Positions 26,761-37,904 of a stretch of 40,669 nucleotides of DNA are shown in pieces. The stretch is taken from the sequence record DRR723986_599. One strand, given 5' to 3'. The notes beneath the pieces are model-generated. The model was not told the DNA's origin, searched no databases, and worked only from the letters and a program-made list of their open reading frames with translations. Both the position numbers and the translations under genes were made by a program. Position 1 is the stretch's first letter, and every line of letters starts with the position of its first letter.

Positions 26761-28095
26761 GTGTCTGACACATCTTCAATCAAAGCGGTTCGAGTTTCAC
26801 CATGCGGTCGTGTGGAGGGTACGATTCGTCCTCCCGGCAGCAAGAGCATCACGAATCGCGCAGTCATCTGCGCAGCGCTAGGCAGTGGGCTGAGTCGGCT
26901 GACCGGAGTGCTCGATAGCGAAGATACGCAGGTCATGATGAAAGCGTGGCGTGAGGTGGGCGTTCGCGTTGAGCATTATGTTGAATCTGGGGTTCTTGAA
27001 GTCGAGGGATGTGGCGGCAAGCTTACCAGCCCTGAAGCGTCAATCTACATCGCCAATAGCGGGACAAGTATTCGATTCTTGGCGGCCGCGCTGAGTGCTT
27101 GTGGCGGTCGTTTTCGATTGCATGGCGTCGACCGAATGCATCAGCGTCCTATCGGAGACCTATCTGATGCACTGAATGCACTGGGAGCGAAGGTGCGTAG
27201 CGAGAACGACCAACGACCAGACTGCCCACCCCTGGTGATCGAATCCGAGGGGCTGCGAGGCGGCGGTGTGCAAATCGCCGGCAACATTTCCAGCCAGTAC
27301 TTGTCGGGCTTGATGATGGCCGCCCCACTGGCCGAGAGCGACGTGAGTATTTCGATCGAAGGCGAGTTGGTTTCGATTCCTTACGTCGAAATGACCAAGG
27401 CTGTCATGGAGGCATTTGGAGCGACCGTGGAAGCGGATCTTGATGCCGCCGGTTCAGGGCGAACGATCAAAATCGCTGCCACCAGCAATTACAAAGCGAT
27501 TGAATATGCAGTTGAACCGGATGCTTCAGCGGCGAGCTACTTTTTCGCCGCCGCAGCCATCACCGGTGGCAAGGCTACTGTCCTGGGGCTTGGACGCGAT
27601 AGCCTCCAGGGGGATGTGGCCTTCTGTGATGTGCTGGAGCAGATGGGGTGTCAGGTTTCCTATCAGCCTGGATCGATATCGGTTGTGGGGCCAGAGACCT
27701 TGCAGGGAGTTGACGTAAATATGGCCGATATCAGCGATACCGTGCAGACACTTGCAGCCGTGGCTATGTTTGCCCAGGGGCCGACGCGTGTTACCGGTGT
27801 GGCCCACAATCGTGTGAAGGAGACAGATCGGATTTCAGATCTGGCCCGTGAGCTGGACCGACTTGGTGCCGGAGTTGAAGAGTTCGAAGATGGCCTGTCG
27901 ATTTCGCCACCACAAACTGTTACACCAGCTAGCGTGAGGACGTACCACGACCACCGAATGGCCATGAGTCTGGCCTTGGTGGGGCTGCGAGCCGAAGGCG
28001 TTGAGATCCAAGACCCTGCTTGTACCGGCAAGACGTATCCCAACTACTGGGATGACCTAGCTGCCTTCAGCGGTTGCAGGATTGACGAGGTCTGA
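26761..28095 (+). CDS. aroA: 3-phosphoshikimate 1-carboxyvinyltransferase (EPSP synthase)
   Basis: PGSKSITNRA, NSGTSIRF, SSQYLS, VEPDASAASYF, RVKETDRI, YHDHRMAM, KTYP. Confidence 0.97.
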   Translation: MSDTSSIKAVRVSPCGRVEGTIRPPGSKSITNRAVICAALGSGLSRLTGVLDSEDTQVMMKAWREVGVRVEHYVESGVLEVEGCGGKLTSPEASIYIANSGTSIRFLAAALSACGGRFRLHGVDRMHQRPIGDLSDALNALGAKVRSENDQRPDCPPLVIESEGLRGGGVQIAGNISSQYLSGLMMAAPLAESDVSISIEGELVSIPYVEMTKAVMEAFGATVEADLDAAGSGRTIKIAATSNYKAIEYAVEPDASAASYFFAAAAITGGKATVLGLGRDSLQGDVAFCDVLEQMGCQVSYQPGSISVVGPETLQGVDVNMADISDTVQTLAAVAMFAQGPTRVTGVAHNRVKETDRISDLARELDRLGAGVEEFEDGLSISPPQTVTPASVRTYHDHRMAMSLALVGLRAEGVEIQDPACTGKTYPNYWDDLAAFSGCRIDEV

Positions 28096-28293
28096 CGAAT
28101 CGAGGAATTTCTGAGCCTCGGCCAGCACTCGTTCAATTTTCAGGTCTGCTTCTCGTTTAGCGTCACGATTGGCGGTGTTGAAGACAGCACCGCAATGAGA
28201 ACATTCAACGTCTCGACCGAGTAGGTTTACTCGAACCTGAAGTTTTCTGCCGCACGCGGGGCAATCGCGAACAAAGAAAGTTGCGGACGTCAT
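28057..28293 (-). CDS. Small zinc-ribbon protein
   Basis: CPACG..L.V...LG..V.CSHCG; GGAG upstream; overlaps the aroA 3' end convergently by 39 nt. Confidence 0.75.
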   Translation of the reverse strand: MTSATFFVRDCPACGRKLQVRVNLLGRDVECSHCGAVFNTANRDAKREADLKIERVLAEAQKFLDSSDLVNPATAEGS

Positions 28294-28795
28294 TTAAAAT
28301 CTCCGTAGGGTACTCCGCTGCGTCCACTCTCTGGGAAGAGTGTAAACGCTGAAATCGACCCCTCGTCCACCGTCAATATTCCGTGAGCCTTGTCTACTTA
28401 ACGGTGGGAGGCTTCGTCGAAGTCTGCGTTGAGCACCAGGATTATGTGCGATGGATCGCAATTGTCAATGACCTAATGGCGTAAATGCTAGCCCTGTCGA
28501 TCGATAAGGACGCGTAGTCGGGCGTTGAGACCGGTTTCTCGTGTCCAGACGCGAAATCTATTTCTGAAAGTGAAGGAGCTTCTTCTGGCGAGACAATCTG
28601 CCGCTCTAGCCAAATTCACGCCAGCTTGGGAAACTATACGCAGGAAGACACCGCTGAGTAAAAGAAACTACGTAAAGAAGAGACGCTCACAGGCAACAAT
28701 GTTCGCGCCTGTGGATGGTGGCTGACTCGCTCGAGAAGGGGCTTTGGGGCCTTCCGATTCCGTTCAGCAAGCCGGTTTTATTTTGAGGGTAGACG

Positions 28796-29569
28796 ATGAA
28801 AACTGTAATTGCACCCGATCGCACCGAGCTCGGTAAGTTTGTTGCGCAGCAGGCTGCCGCCACGCTCAAAGCGGCTTTAGAAGCCCACGAAGAAGCAAAC
28901 CTGGTGGTCGCCACAGGTTCGAGCCAGTTCGAAGTCCTCGATCAATTGGCCAAAGATGAATCGATTGATTGGGGCCGCGTGAACGGTTTTCACCTGGATG
29001 AGTATCTTGGACTTGAGAAGACGCATGCAGCTAGTTTCTGCGGCTATTTGGCAAGTCGGTTTGTTGATCGTGTTCCCCTGAAGTCGTTCTATTTCATGGA
29101 GGGAACCACAGAGCCAAGTGCGTTGGTCAGTGGTGCATCGGATGCGATATCGGGTAAACGCATCGATTTGTTGTTGTGCGGAATCGGCGAAAATGGCCAC
29201 TTGGCTTTCAACGATCCACCAGCCGATATGGAGACTGAAGCCCCCTACTTGATCGTCGATCTGGATGAGCAGTGTCGCCGGCAGCAGGTTGGCGAGGGGT
29301 GGTTCGATTCTCTTGCTCAAGTTCCACCGCAAGCGATTAGCATGTCCGTGCAGCAGATCCTCAAAGCGGAGAGGATTCTTTGTTCAGTGCCCGACCGTCG
29401 CAAGGCGGAGGCCGTTCAGAAGTCTGTCGAAGGGCCAGTGAGTGATCAAGTTCCTGCCTCGGCTCTTCAGAACCATGGTGACACCACCCTGATTCTGGAT
29501 CCAGCCTCCGCGTCATTGCTCAGTGATGAAGTGCGGGCGAATTGCCAAGTTGGCGATGAAGTGGCCTAA
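28796..29569 (+). CDS. nagB: Glucosamine-6-phosphate deaminase-like protein
   Basis: VATGSSQ, FHLDEY, GIGENGHLAFNDPP, VPAS.L; adjacent to nagA. Confidence 0.85.
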   Translation: MKTVIAPDRTELGKFVAQQAAATLKAALEAHEEANLVVATGSSQFEVLDQLAKDESIDWGRVNGFHLDEYLGLEKTHAASFCGYLASRFVDRVPLKSFYFMEGTTEPSALVSGASDAISGKRIDLLLCGIGENGHLAFNDPPADMETEAPYLIVDLDEQCRRQQVGEGWFDSLAQVPPQAISMSVQQILKAERILCSVPDRRKAEAVQKSVEGPVSDQVPASALQNHGDTTLILDPASASLLSDEVRANCQVGDEVA

Positions 29570-29592
29570 CTAAAGACGCGAAAGCCCCATGC

Positions 29593-30531
29593 ATGGCAGA
29601 ATCTTCTTGGGTGGAAGTCGAATCTTACGTTGATATCCAAGTAAATGGATACATGGGTGTTGACTTCAATAACCCGGAATTGCACCGGGAGGATGTCGTT
29701 CGGGCTGCTGAGGCGATGAAGGCCGATAGGGTCAAGGCGGCGTTTCCTACTGTTATCACAGCATCACCGCAAGCGATGGCGAAGTGCATTTCAACGATCG
29801 CTCAGGCAATCGAGGCCGAGCCGATCGTCGCTGAAGTGTTTCCCGGCATTCATGTCGAAGGGCCCTTTCTTTCCGACGTGCCAGGTTTCGTGGGGGCTCA
29901 CCCAGTCGAATTTGCGGGTACAGCCGATCTACAGCTTCTCGAACAAATGCTGGAATCTGGAAGCGGGCATGTGAGGTTACTCACTCTGGCCCCCGAAGTT
30001 GATGCTGCTTGTGAGCTAACGGCGTTCTGCGTCCGGAACGGTGTCTCCGTTGCTGCCGGTCACACAGACTGTTCTTTGGATCAACTAAAGGCAAGCATTG
30101 ATGCTGGCCTGAAGTACTTTACCCATTTGGGCAATGCATGCCCAATCAACATGCATCGGCATGACAATATATTGCTTCGGGGGTTGGCTTTGGCCAGTGA
30201 CTTGCGGATCACGGTCATCGCAGATGGGCATCACATCCCCGCTATGCTCTTCAGGCAGATGCTCGATTGGGTTCCGCCAGAGAATCTGGCAGTCGTTTCT
30301 GACGCGATCAGCGCCGCAGGTTTAGGTGCCGGAACCTACGACTTGGGTGGGCGGAGTGTGGAAGTACGTCCCGATTTGGCGGCGTGGGATGCAGCCGGAC
30401 AGCACTTTGTTGGGGCAGCCAGTCGAATGGTGGACGCTGATCATTGGCTAGCCAGCACGTTGGAGCTGCCGCACTTGGACCGCCAGCGACTGACATTCGG
30501 CAATCCTGCTGAGTGGTTTGGCCTCCAGTAG
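29593..30531 (+). CDS. nagA: N-acetylglucosamine-6-phosphate deacetylase (short form)
   Basis: DIQVNGY.GVDF, PTVIT, HVEGPFLS, GAHP, TLAPE, GHT, THLGN, IADGHH, VSDA. Confidence 0.88.
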   Translation: MAESSWVEVESYVDIQVNGYMGVDFNNPELHREDVVRAAEAMKADRVKAAFPTVITASPQAMAKCISTIAQAIEAEPIVAEVFPGIHVEGPFLSDVPGFVGAHPVEFAGTADLQLLEQMLESGSGHVRLLTLAPEVDAACELTAFCVRNGVSVAAGHTDCSLDQLKASIDAGLKYFTHLGNACPINMHRHDNILLRGLALASDLRITVIADGHHIPAMLFRQMLDWVPPENLAVVSDAISAAGLGAGTYDLGGRSVEVRPDLAAWDAAGQHFVGAASRMVDADHWLASTLELPHLDRQRLTFGNPAEWFGLQ

Positions 30532-31084
30532 CAGCGGCGCGGGAAACTAGCACCGCTTGCGCATTCTTTTCTGGTCGCTGTATCGGCTCGGCACGGGAAA
30601 CTTCGAAGACCGCATGCCTGGTTGCCTGAACCGGAGCCTTGAAACTGGCTTGAGTGCAAATCGCGCGCTGTGGTGCATTGGCGCCTTTCCGCCAGAAAGT
30701 ACGGGTTTGCGACGCGTTTGAGTCGAGGTTGTATCGCTTCGGTAAGGCTTAACGGCTGCGTGCTACTTGCGTGCTGGGCAAGTGGAATCACATTTAATTC
30801 TTGGATGCACGGATTCGCATTTTGAATGTTAAGATTGGTGAAGAAACCATGAATCGCTTGTCGGGAGCGTTTTCTGTAGGCCGATTGACCTTCAACTGTA
30901 AGCGTCAAAGGCGGCATTCTGATTCCAAGTGGGACAGGTCGCGTTAGCAGATTGCTAGCAAAACTTTGCGCATGCATCAGAAGTGGAGCTCGTGTGCAGC
31001 CGTCGGGACTGCACAAAGTGTTCGGCGAAGGATCGTTCAGAACGCTGTTGGACTCCGGAGATTTTGTTTGCAAGGAAGCAAATC

Positions 31085-32764
31085 ATGCGAAACATTCTGC
31101 GTCGGAGCCTTATCGCGGCTCTAGCAGGTGCTGGGCTTTGTTTGAGCTCTACGACGGATGTTCATGCTCAAATCCCACACACGCCGTCCTACGGACAGGC
31201 CTTGGTCTCTCAGCCAAGCCAATATCAAGGCGGACCAGCACTGGGCAGTTCGAGTCTTAGCGCTTCGGCTGGCCCGAGTGTGGCCTCAACCGGTCTCGGA
31301 AATGCCACGCCACAACAATACGTCTCTACACCAGCACCTGCCGGGCTAGCCCCAGGGCCAATCGGCGGGCTTGGTGTCGGTCAGAACGAAGCACTACAAG
31401 ATGCCACGCCAAGTGCTTCCGATGCAGGTGTTGATCTGGCAGACGCCCAGAAAGACATGGAAGCGCGGCTGAAGGAACTCGAAGAGCAATTCGCTGACAA
31501 AGTTGCTGCTGAGAAGAAGGCGAAGAGCGACGCGAAGAAGAAGCCAACCTTCAAGCTCGGCGGCCGAGTTCATATGGATTTCTGGGACTTCATGAACAAT
31601 GAGCCCGGTATTGGATTCCTCGAGAACTCTGACCCCACCGAAGCTGACTTTGGGGACGACCCAGAAGATCGATTCACGTTCCGCCGAATCCGAATGGAGT
31701 TCAGCGGTGACCTTCCACAGAACATGCTGTGGCGGATGCAGATCGACTTCAACAACCCAGCCAGCCCTGAGTTCAAGGACGTTTACTTCGGCTGGAAGAA
31801 TCTGCCTGGTAATCACACACTGCTGCTGGGTAATCAGAAGCGACCACTGGGTTTGGACCACCTGAACAGTTCGCGGTACAACATCTTTGCTGAACGTCCG
31901 TTCGTCGTCGAAGCCTTCAACGAAGATGCTCGTCGGTTCGGTCTGGCAATGTACGGTCACAGTGACGACGACGCGTACAACTGGCGATACGGTCTCTACA
32001 ACCTTGAGAACATTTCTCGGGATGGTCGATTCATCGGTGATTCAAAGCAAATGGGCGGCTACGCTCGTTTGGCATCAACGCCTTGGTACGACGATGCCTC
32101 GGGCGGACGTGGTTACTGGCACTGGGCTCTTGCCGGTGTTGTCGCGAAGCCTGATGGAGACAATTTTCCAAACGACACCAATGCAAACGACGGTCGTTTC
32201 CGAACTCGGCCTCTAGCCCGCAGTAACTCGCGCTGGCTGGACACAGGCCGGATCTCCGGTGCAGATTGGTATGAGATCATTGCACTGGAAAGCGTACTCA
32301 ACCTGGGCTCGTGGCAGTTCACCGGTGAGTACATGGCCAACTTCATGCAGCGTGACAACACGACGCCAGGAACAGGCAACGATGTCTTCTTCCATGGCTT
32401 CTACGTCTACGGTGCAAAATTCCTGACCGGTGAGCACATGGCATTTAATCGCCGAACCGGTACTCTCACTCGCGCCAAGCCATTCGAGAACTTCTTCTTA
32501 GTGGATCGAGCTGGTGGCGGAACGGGACGCGGCTGGGGGGCTCTTCAGTTGGCCCTACGCTACGACTACTTGGATCTGACCGACGAAGACATCAACGGTG
32601 GTATCGGCCAAAGCTTCACAGGCGGCCTGAACTGGTACTGGAACGCTTACTCGAAAGTTCAGACCAATCTGATTTGGGGTGACATTCGTCAACGCGGGCC
32701 CATCGGTGGTTTCGATGGCGGCGAGTACTGGATTTGGGGAACACGCTGGATGTGTGACTTCTAG
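31085..32764 (+). CDS. OprO/OprP-type (phosphate-selective) porin family protein
   Basis: Signal peptide, coiled-coil N-terminus, GGRVHMD, FRRIR, GNQKRPLGL..LNSS....F.ER, FLTGE, GLNWYWN, C-terminal Phe. ATG 31085 has AAGGA upstream. Confidence 0.88.
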   Translation: MRNILRRSLIAALAGAGLCLSSTTDVHAQIPHTPSYGQALVSQPSQYQGGPALGSSSLSASAGPSVASTGLGNATPQQYVSTPAPAGLAPGPIGGLGVGQNEALQDATPSASDAGVDLADAQKDMEARLKELEEQFADKVAAEKKAKSDAKKKPTFKLGGRVHMDFWDFMNNEPGIGFLENSDPTEADFGDDPEDRFTFRRIRMEFSGDLPQNMLWRMQIDFNNPASPEFKDVYFGWKNLPGNHTLLLGNQKRPLGLDHLNSSRYNIFAERPFVVEAFNEDARRFGLAMYGHSDDDAYNWRYGLYNLENISRDGRFIGDSKQMGGYARLASTPWYDDASGGRGYWHWALAGVVAKPDGDNFPNDTNANDGRFRTRPLARSNSRWLDTGRISGADWYEIIALESVLNLGSWQFTGEYMANFMQRDNTTPGTGNDVFFHGFYVYGAKFLTGEHMAFNRRTGTLTRAKPFENFFLVDRAGGGTGRGWGALQLALRYDYLDLTDEDINGGIGQSFTGGLNWYWNAYSKVQTNLIWGDIRQRGPIGGFDGGEYWIWGTRWMCDF

Positions 32765-32824
32765 TAGGCCTCAGGTGCTGAGTTGTTCAACGCTCGAATC
32801 GAAAATAAGTTAAGGATCAAAACG

Positions 32825-33484
32825 ATGAATCGAATAAGCAAAAAGCTCATCGTTGCACTTGGGTTGTTTGTCCTGACTGCTTCCCAAGTCAATGCCCAGA
32901 GTTGCTGCCTGTGTGGTAAGAAGGTTTGTCACCTGGAAGTGTCCAAGGAAAAAGAAGACGTAACGGTCTTCGAGGTGAAGCCTAAAGAGATTTGTATTCC
33001 CGGCATCAAGCTTCCGTGGGAATGCAAGCGACGGTGTGGAGGCGTTCGGACGATCTGCACGCTCTCTGAGGCAAAGGAAGAAAAGACGGTCTGCAAGTAC
33101 GATTGGTCAGTGAAGACGATCTGCACTGGATGCTGCACGAAGCACGGCCTTAAACGCGGTGCCCGAAGCTGTGATATTTGCAAGGACGAAAAAGTGCCGT
33201 TCGAGTACTACGCGCTTGACGCCGAAGCTCCGACCGCGGTTGCTGGAAAACAGGTCGTTCGCGTCCAGCCAGGTAGTGTCACGCAGCCACAATTGCCGGG
33301 CCAATCAGCTCCCGGTAAGGCAGTAGTTGCCAAGACGGACAGCGCGCCGTCTCAGGGAGTTGTAAAACCTGCGTCTGTAGTGAAGCCGGCTTCTGCTACG
33401 GCACCTGCCCAGGCAAAGAAGCCGTCTGCTTCGGACCGATTCAAGGCAGCAACAGGCGACCTTTGGAAAAAGCTGACTCGCTAG
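32825..33484 (+). CDS. Secreted cysteine-rich protein with a Pro/Ala/Lys-rich tail
   Basis: Signal peptide ending in VNA|Q; 14 Cys in about 95 residues; ATG 32825 has AAGGA upstream; followed by a terminator. Confidence 0.8.
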   Translation: MNRISKKLIVALGLFVLTASQVNAQSCCLCGKKVCHLEVSKEKEDVTVFEVKPKEICIPGIKLPWECKRRCGGVRTICTLSEAKEEKTVCKYDWSVKTICTGCCTKHGLKRGARSCDICKDEKVPFEYYALDAEAPTAVAGKQVVRVQPGSVTQPQLPGQSAPGKAVVAKTDSAPSQGVVKPASVVKPASATAPAQAKKPSASDRFKAATGDLWKKLTR

Positions 33485-33539
33485 GGTGAGTCGCAACTTG
33501 CCCCGCTAGCTAGAGCCAGCTAAGCCCCATGGCTAACGC

Positions 33540-33583
33540 AAAAACGGCACGTTCAGGTGACTGAACGTGCCGTTTACTATTTT
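33540..33583. terminator. Bidirectional intrinsic terminator
   Basis: 15-bp stem AAACGGCACGTTCAG-GTGA-CTGAACGTGCCGTTT between convergent genes. Confidence 0.85.
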
Positions 33584-33607
33584 GGTGTTTGTCGTTTCGA
33601 GCGGCGA

Positions 33608-33916
33608 CTAGTGTGTGGTTAGTTGCCGTGAAGACAGTCCCTCGGGGAACAGTTGGGTCTTCAGTACACGCTCGAACAAAGATGCCTTTCGCAGTCGTGG
33701 ATCATCGTCGTAAACGATGTGTTCTTTTCCGCGACGCGTCATCAATACTAACCGCCCATCCTCAAGGATGTCTTTGACGATCCAGAACTTGTCCACCTGA
33801 TACGCGTAGGCCTCACCGTTGGGCGTCGCCTCAACGTTCTTAGCCCGAGGTCCCGGGCAACTTGTGTATTTGTCGCGGGTGTAAACGACCCGATCTTTAA
33901 CTTTGAATTTTCGCAT
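33608..33916 (-). CDS. Small hypothetical protein, possibly an SH3-like beta barrel
   Basis: FKVKDRVVY...PGPRA...GE.Y.Y.VDKFW.V...TRRGK.H...DDPRLR; GAGGGAG upstream. Confidence 0.8.
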   Translation of the reverse strand: MRKFKVKDRVVYTRDKYTSCPGPRAKNVEATPNGEAYAYQVDKFWIVKDILEDGRLVLMTRRGKEHIVYDDDPRLRKASLFERVLKTQLFPEGLSSRQLTTH

Positions 33917-34141
33917 GTTCTCTCCCTCGCGGCTGCCGCCTGAGCAATCAAGGGGCTAATGTCCGACCTACAGACACTATATTATAGTCTATGGATCGGA
34001 GTAAAGTCGTCAAAAAACTCATTGCCCTGTCTGCTAGCATTGCTCTTGCCATCCTAGCGTTGGCCACAAGTATCTGTTTTTGAGCCAACGACGCCACCAG
34101 TTCTACGCGTTGTTTGTGCAAAACGAAGAAAGTTTCTTTAT

Positions 34142-34612
34142 ATGAATCGTGTGCTTTTCGTTTGTCTTGGCAACATTTGTCGTAGTCCTGCTGCCGAAGG
34201 CGTGATGAAGCATATCGTGGCTGACCGCGGTTTGGACAACGATTTCTTTATCGATTCGGCCGGAACGAGCAGCTATCACATCGGTGAGCCGGCGGATCGC
34301 CGCATGCGCGAAGCCGCGAAGAATCGTGGCATCGAATTGACCAGTCTGTCGCGGATGGTCTCAGCCCGCGACATGACTGAATTTGATTTGGTCGTTGCCA
34401 TGGACCGAAAGAATTACCGCGAATTGGAAGCGTTGGTAACTGGCGGAGGAAAAAACAACATCCGAATGCTCAGCGACTTCCTCGTAGACACTTGGCCCGA
34501 TGAAGTGCCCGATCCGTACTACGGCGGAGATGATGGCTTTGAGCAAGTGCTAGATATGTTGCTGGCTGCTTGTCCGAAAATTGTTGACCAGCTTGCGGTG
34601 GACAAGCAGTAG
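34142..34612 (+). CDS. Low-molecular-weight protein-tyrosine phosphatase
   Basis: VCLGNICRSPAAE, DSAGT, AMD, VPDPYYGG. Confidence 0.95.
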   Translation: MNRVLFVCLGNICRSPAAEGVMKHIVADRGLDNDFFIDSAGTSSYHIGEPADRRMREAAKNRGIELTSLSRMVSARDMTEFDLVVAMDRKNYRELEALVTGGGKNNIRMLSDFLVDTWPDEVPDPYYGGDDGFEQVLDMLLAACPKIVDQLAVDKQ

Positions 34613-34639
34613 TTCCAGGCAGAACTGCATCTCGGCGGA

Positions 34640-35818
34640 TTAAGCGAATTGGGCCTTCGCTTTGCCAAACGTCTCGATCGCAAACTCAAGATCGGCCTTC
34701 GTGTGAGCGGCGGAGATCTGCGTTCTGATCCGCGCTTTACCCTTCGGCACTACGGGGTACGAAAACCCAATCACGTAGACGCCGTGCTCTAGCATGAAGT
34801 CAGCCATTTGGCTTGCCAGTCGGGCGTCACCTAGCATGATAGGAACGATCGGGTGGGAACCGGGAACGATGTCAAAACCGCTGCTCGACATCGCGTCACG
34901 GAAGAACTTCGTGTTTTCTTCAAGCTGGTCACGCAGTTGACTTGAGGCTTCAAGTAGATCGATCGCCGCAATGGAAGCAGCAGCAATGGGTGGGGCAATC
35001 GTGTTCGAGAAAAGGTACGGACGCGAACGTTGACGCAGGAGTTCAACGATTTCACTGCGCCCTGACGTGTACCCGCCGCTGGCACCGCCAAGCGCTTTGC
35101 CGAGCGTACCGGTTAAGATGTCGATCCGCTCCATTACATCGTGGTGTTCGTGGGTGCCCCTGCCCTGTTTGCCCATGAAGCCGACAGCATGAGAATCGTC
35201 GACCATGACCAGGGCTTCGTACTTGTCCGCAAGTTCGCAGATGGAGGGTAAGTCCGCGATGGTCCCGTCCATCGAGAACACGCCGTCGGTTGCGATCAGT
35301 TTAAAGCGTGACCCGGAGGCGGCTTTGAGCTGCTCTTCCAAGTCATGCATGTTGTTGTTCTTGTAACGGAATCTTGATGCCTTACACAATCGTACTCCGT
35401 CAATGATGCTGGCGTGGTTCAATTCGTCCGAGATGATTGCGTCTTCGGCAGTGAGCAGCGTTTCGAACAGGCCGCCGTTGGCGTCGAAGCACGATGTGTA
35501 CAGAATCGTATCGTCACACCCGACAAATGTGCTGATCTTCGATTCCAATTCTTTGTGGATTGCTTGTGTACCGCAGATGAATCGAACACTTGCCAAGCCA
35601 TAGCCCCACTTTTCTAAGGCCGCAGCGGCTGCTTCTTGAACGGCTGGATGCTGCGCGAGCCCGAGATAGTTGTTTGCACACATGTTGAGCACGGACTGAT
35701 CGCCGACGTCGATTCTCGAATTCTGAGGCGAATCGATGATTCGCTCAGATTTGCGAAGTCCTGCATCTGTGATCTCGTCGAGCTGCGTTTGGAGGTGTTC
35801 TTGGAATGCGCCGTACAT
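34640..35818 (-). CDS. kbl: Glycine C-acetyltransferase (2-amino-3-ketobutyrate CoA ligase)
   Basis: [60 protein letters not shown]. Confidence 0.97.
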   Translation of the reverse strand: MYGAFQEHLQTQLDEITDAGLRKSERIIDSPQNSRIDVGDQSVLNMCANNYLGLAQHPAVQEAAAAALEKWGYGLASVRFICGTQAIHKELESKISTFVGCDDTILYTSCFDANGGLFETLLTAEDAIISDELNHASIIDGVRLCKASRFRYKNNNMHDLEEQLKAASGSRFKLIATDGVFSMDGTIADLPSICELADKYEALVMVDDSHAVGFMGKQGRGTHEHHDVMERIDILTGTLGKALGGASGGYTSGRSEIVELLRQRSRPYLFSNTIAPPIAAASIAAIDLLEASSQLRDQLEENTKFFRDAMSSSGFDIVPGSHPIVPIMLGDARLASQMADFMLEHGVYVIGFSYPVVPKGKARIRTQISAAHTKADLEFAIETFGKAKAQFA

Positions 35819-35946
35819 AGTGTTTTCCGAGTTTATTTGGCGTTGATGTTGTGTCGGGCTATTTCGCTGTCTTAAGTCCACGGTTTCCAGTTCGCGGTCC
35901 TAAGGGCCGCTGCGGAAACTTGATCTGATGGTGGGAGTTGGCCGAG

Positions 35947-37008
35947 CTACGGATTTGCGGTCAGGCTTCGTTTGTCGGCTGTGTCCTTCCAGTACAGGAT
36001 GCACTTGCCTGTTTCGCCGCCAGCCATTTCATCAAATGCGGTCTGGAAATCATCTGCCGAGTGACGGTGCGTTATGACCTGTGAGATATCCAAACCGCCC
36101 TGAAGCATGACGGTCATCTTGTACCATGATTCATACATTTCTCGACCGTAAATGCCTTTAATGTTCAACATGTTGAATACGACATCATTCCAGTCGATCG
36201 CGATCGGTTCACTTGGGATCCCGAGCATGGCGATTTTGCCACCGTGAGCCATGTTGGCAATCATGCTGCGAAAGGCGGAGGCGTTCCCGGACATCTCGAG
36301 CCCGACATCGAAGCCCTCGGTCATGCCAAGTTGCTTTTGCACATCCTGGATTGATTCGCTGCGGACATCGACCGTCCGCGTCGCGCCCATTCGCTGCGCG
36401 AGTTCTAGTCGCCAAGGATTCACGTCGGTGACGACCACAAACCTCGCACCGGCATGCTGCGCGATGGCCGCCGCCATGCAGCCGATCGGACCAGCGCCGG
36501 TAATCAAAACGTCTTCACCCAGAACAGGGAATGAAAGAGCTGTGTGGACGGCATTGCCATAGGGATCAAATATGGAGGCGGTGTCGAGATCGATGTCTGC
36601 GCTGTGAAGCCAGCAATTGGTCATGGGTAGCGAAATGAACTCTGCGAAAGCACCAGGGCGGTTGACCCCGATGCCACTCGTGTCGGCACACAGATGCCTG
36701 CGCCCGGCCATGCAGTTGCGGCATCTTCCGCAGACCACGTGCCCTTCTCCGCTAACGACGTCACCGACAGAAAAGCCCTTCACGTTCGAGCCAACGTCTA
36801 CAATCTTGCCAACGAACTCGTGACCGACGGTCATCGGAATCGGGATCGTCGCCTGAGCCCACGAGTCCCATGTGTAGATATGCATGTCGGTTCCGCAGAT
36901 GCCCGTCCGATCAACTTCGATCAGGCAATCGTTGATGCCCATTTCTGGCATCGGGACATCTTCCATCCACAACCCAGGTTCAGCTTTTGTTTTGACAAGG
37001 GCCTTCAT
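35947..37008 (-). CDS. tdh: L-threonine 3-dehydrogenase
   Basis: MKALVK, GICGTD.HI, GHEFVG, CGRCRNC...C, GAGPIG, GIYGREM; upstream of kbl. Confidence 0.97.
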   Translation of the reverse strand: MKALVKTKAEPGLWMEDVPMPEMGINDCLIEVDRTGICGTDMHIYTWDSWAQATIPIPMTVGHEFVGKIVDVGSNVKGFSVGDVVSGEGHVVCGRCRNCMAGRRHLCADTSGIGVNRPGAFAEFISLPMTNCWLHSADIDLDTASIFDPYGNAVHTALSFPVLGEDVLITGAGPIGCMAAAIAQHAGARFVVVTDVNPWRLELAQRMGATRTVDVRSESIQDVQKQLGMTEGFDVGLEMSGNASAFRSMIANMAHGGKIAMLGIPSEPIAIDWNDVVFNMLNIKGIYGREMYESWYKMTVMLQGGLDISQVITHRHSADDFQTAFDEMAGGETGKCILYWKDTADKRSLTANP

Positions 37009-37226
37009 TTGGCGATCCAAAGTTTGGGGGAGCGAGCCGGCGTTTGAAGAGAGTGGCAGGCCAGATTCGCAAGCAGCGTTTCTGCGATCTTTGATCATCC
37101 GCGTCCCTCTATCAATTGTGGATTCTATTCCAAAGCTGGCGTGTGTCACCGCCTCTGAAGAGTTCGTCAATCGAATTCGGCGTCGTACCTGCGATCGGAG
37201 CACTTGAGTAGACTGTTGGCTTCGAA

Positions 37227-37904
37227 GTGGCTACAGCGCTGCGTCGTGTCACCGAACCAACTACGAGGATTTTGTCATTGCGTTTGGACAAAGATACTGT
37301 TGCTGAAGGCATCGCTAGGCTGGTCGAGTCCGATCGAGTGTTGGCGGGAGTGATCGCGGCGTGTCCGCAATTTCGAGTAACGTCGAAGGGCTCCGGCTAC
37401 GCGGTGCTCGTACGAAGTATTCTGTCGCAGCAGATCTCGACGTCCGCCGCGCGGACCATCTGTGGGCGGCTTGAGCTCGAGCTAGGTACGAAGCAATTCC
37501 AGGCTGACAAAGTGTCTCGGCTCGCTGAAGACAAGCTTCAGTCACTAGGAATTTCGAGGCAAAAGCGATCCTATTTGACCGACCTAACGGAGCGGGTGCT
37601 CGACGGTCGCGTGAATTTTCGGCGTATCGGACGTGCAACGGACGAGGCTGCGATTGGCGAGTTGACGTCTGTGAAGGGAATCGGCCGCTGGACGGCACAG
37701 ATGTTCCTGATGTTTTCGTTGAAGCGGCCGGACGTGTTTGCGCCCGATGATCTGGGGCTGCAGAAAGCGGTGACGTCGCTCTATGGCTTTTCTGAGCGAA
37801 TTCAGCCAGCGGAGTTGTCTGAGTTTGCGCTTCGTTGGAAACCATATCGTACAATCGCGGCTTGGTACTTATGGCGTTCACTCGAACTGGAGCAGCAGAA
37901 ATGA
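37227..37904 (+). CDS. DNA-3-methyladenine glycosylase (AlkA/HhH-GPD family)
   Basis: ILSQQIS, HhH motif [27 protein letters not shown]. Start uncertain. Confidence 0.9.
   Translation: MATALRRVTEPTTRILSLRLDKDTVAEGIARLVESDRVLAGVIAACPQFRVTSKGSGYAVLVRSILSQQISTSAARTICGRLELELGTKQFQADKVSRLAEDKLQSLGISRQKRSYLTDLTERVLDGRVNFRRIGRATDEAAIGELTSVKGIGRWTAQMFLMFSLKRPDVFAPDDLGLQKAVTSLYGFSERIQPAELSEFALRWKPYRTIAAWYLWRSLELEQQK

Noticed and set aside
30441-31073. 210-aa minus-strand ORF in the porin upstream region
   Set aside because: No motifs, atypical composition and overlap with nagA; probably spurious.
32909-32933. CGKKVCH as a CX4CH heme-binding motif
   Set aside because: Single non-canonical instance in a generally Cys-rich protein, with no CxxCH.
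24374-33532. Identical 12-mer TAAGCCCCATGG at 24374-24385 and 33521-33532
   Set aside because: 12-nt matches are expected by chance in 40 kb, and the flanks are unrelated.
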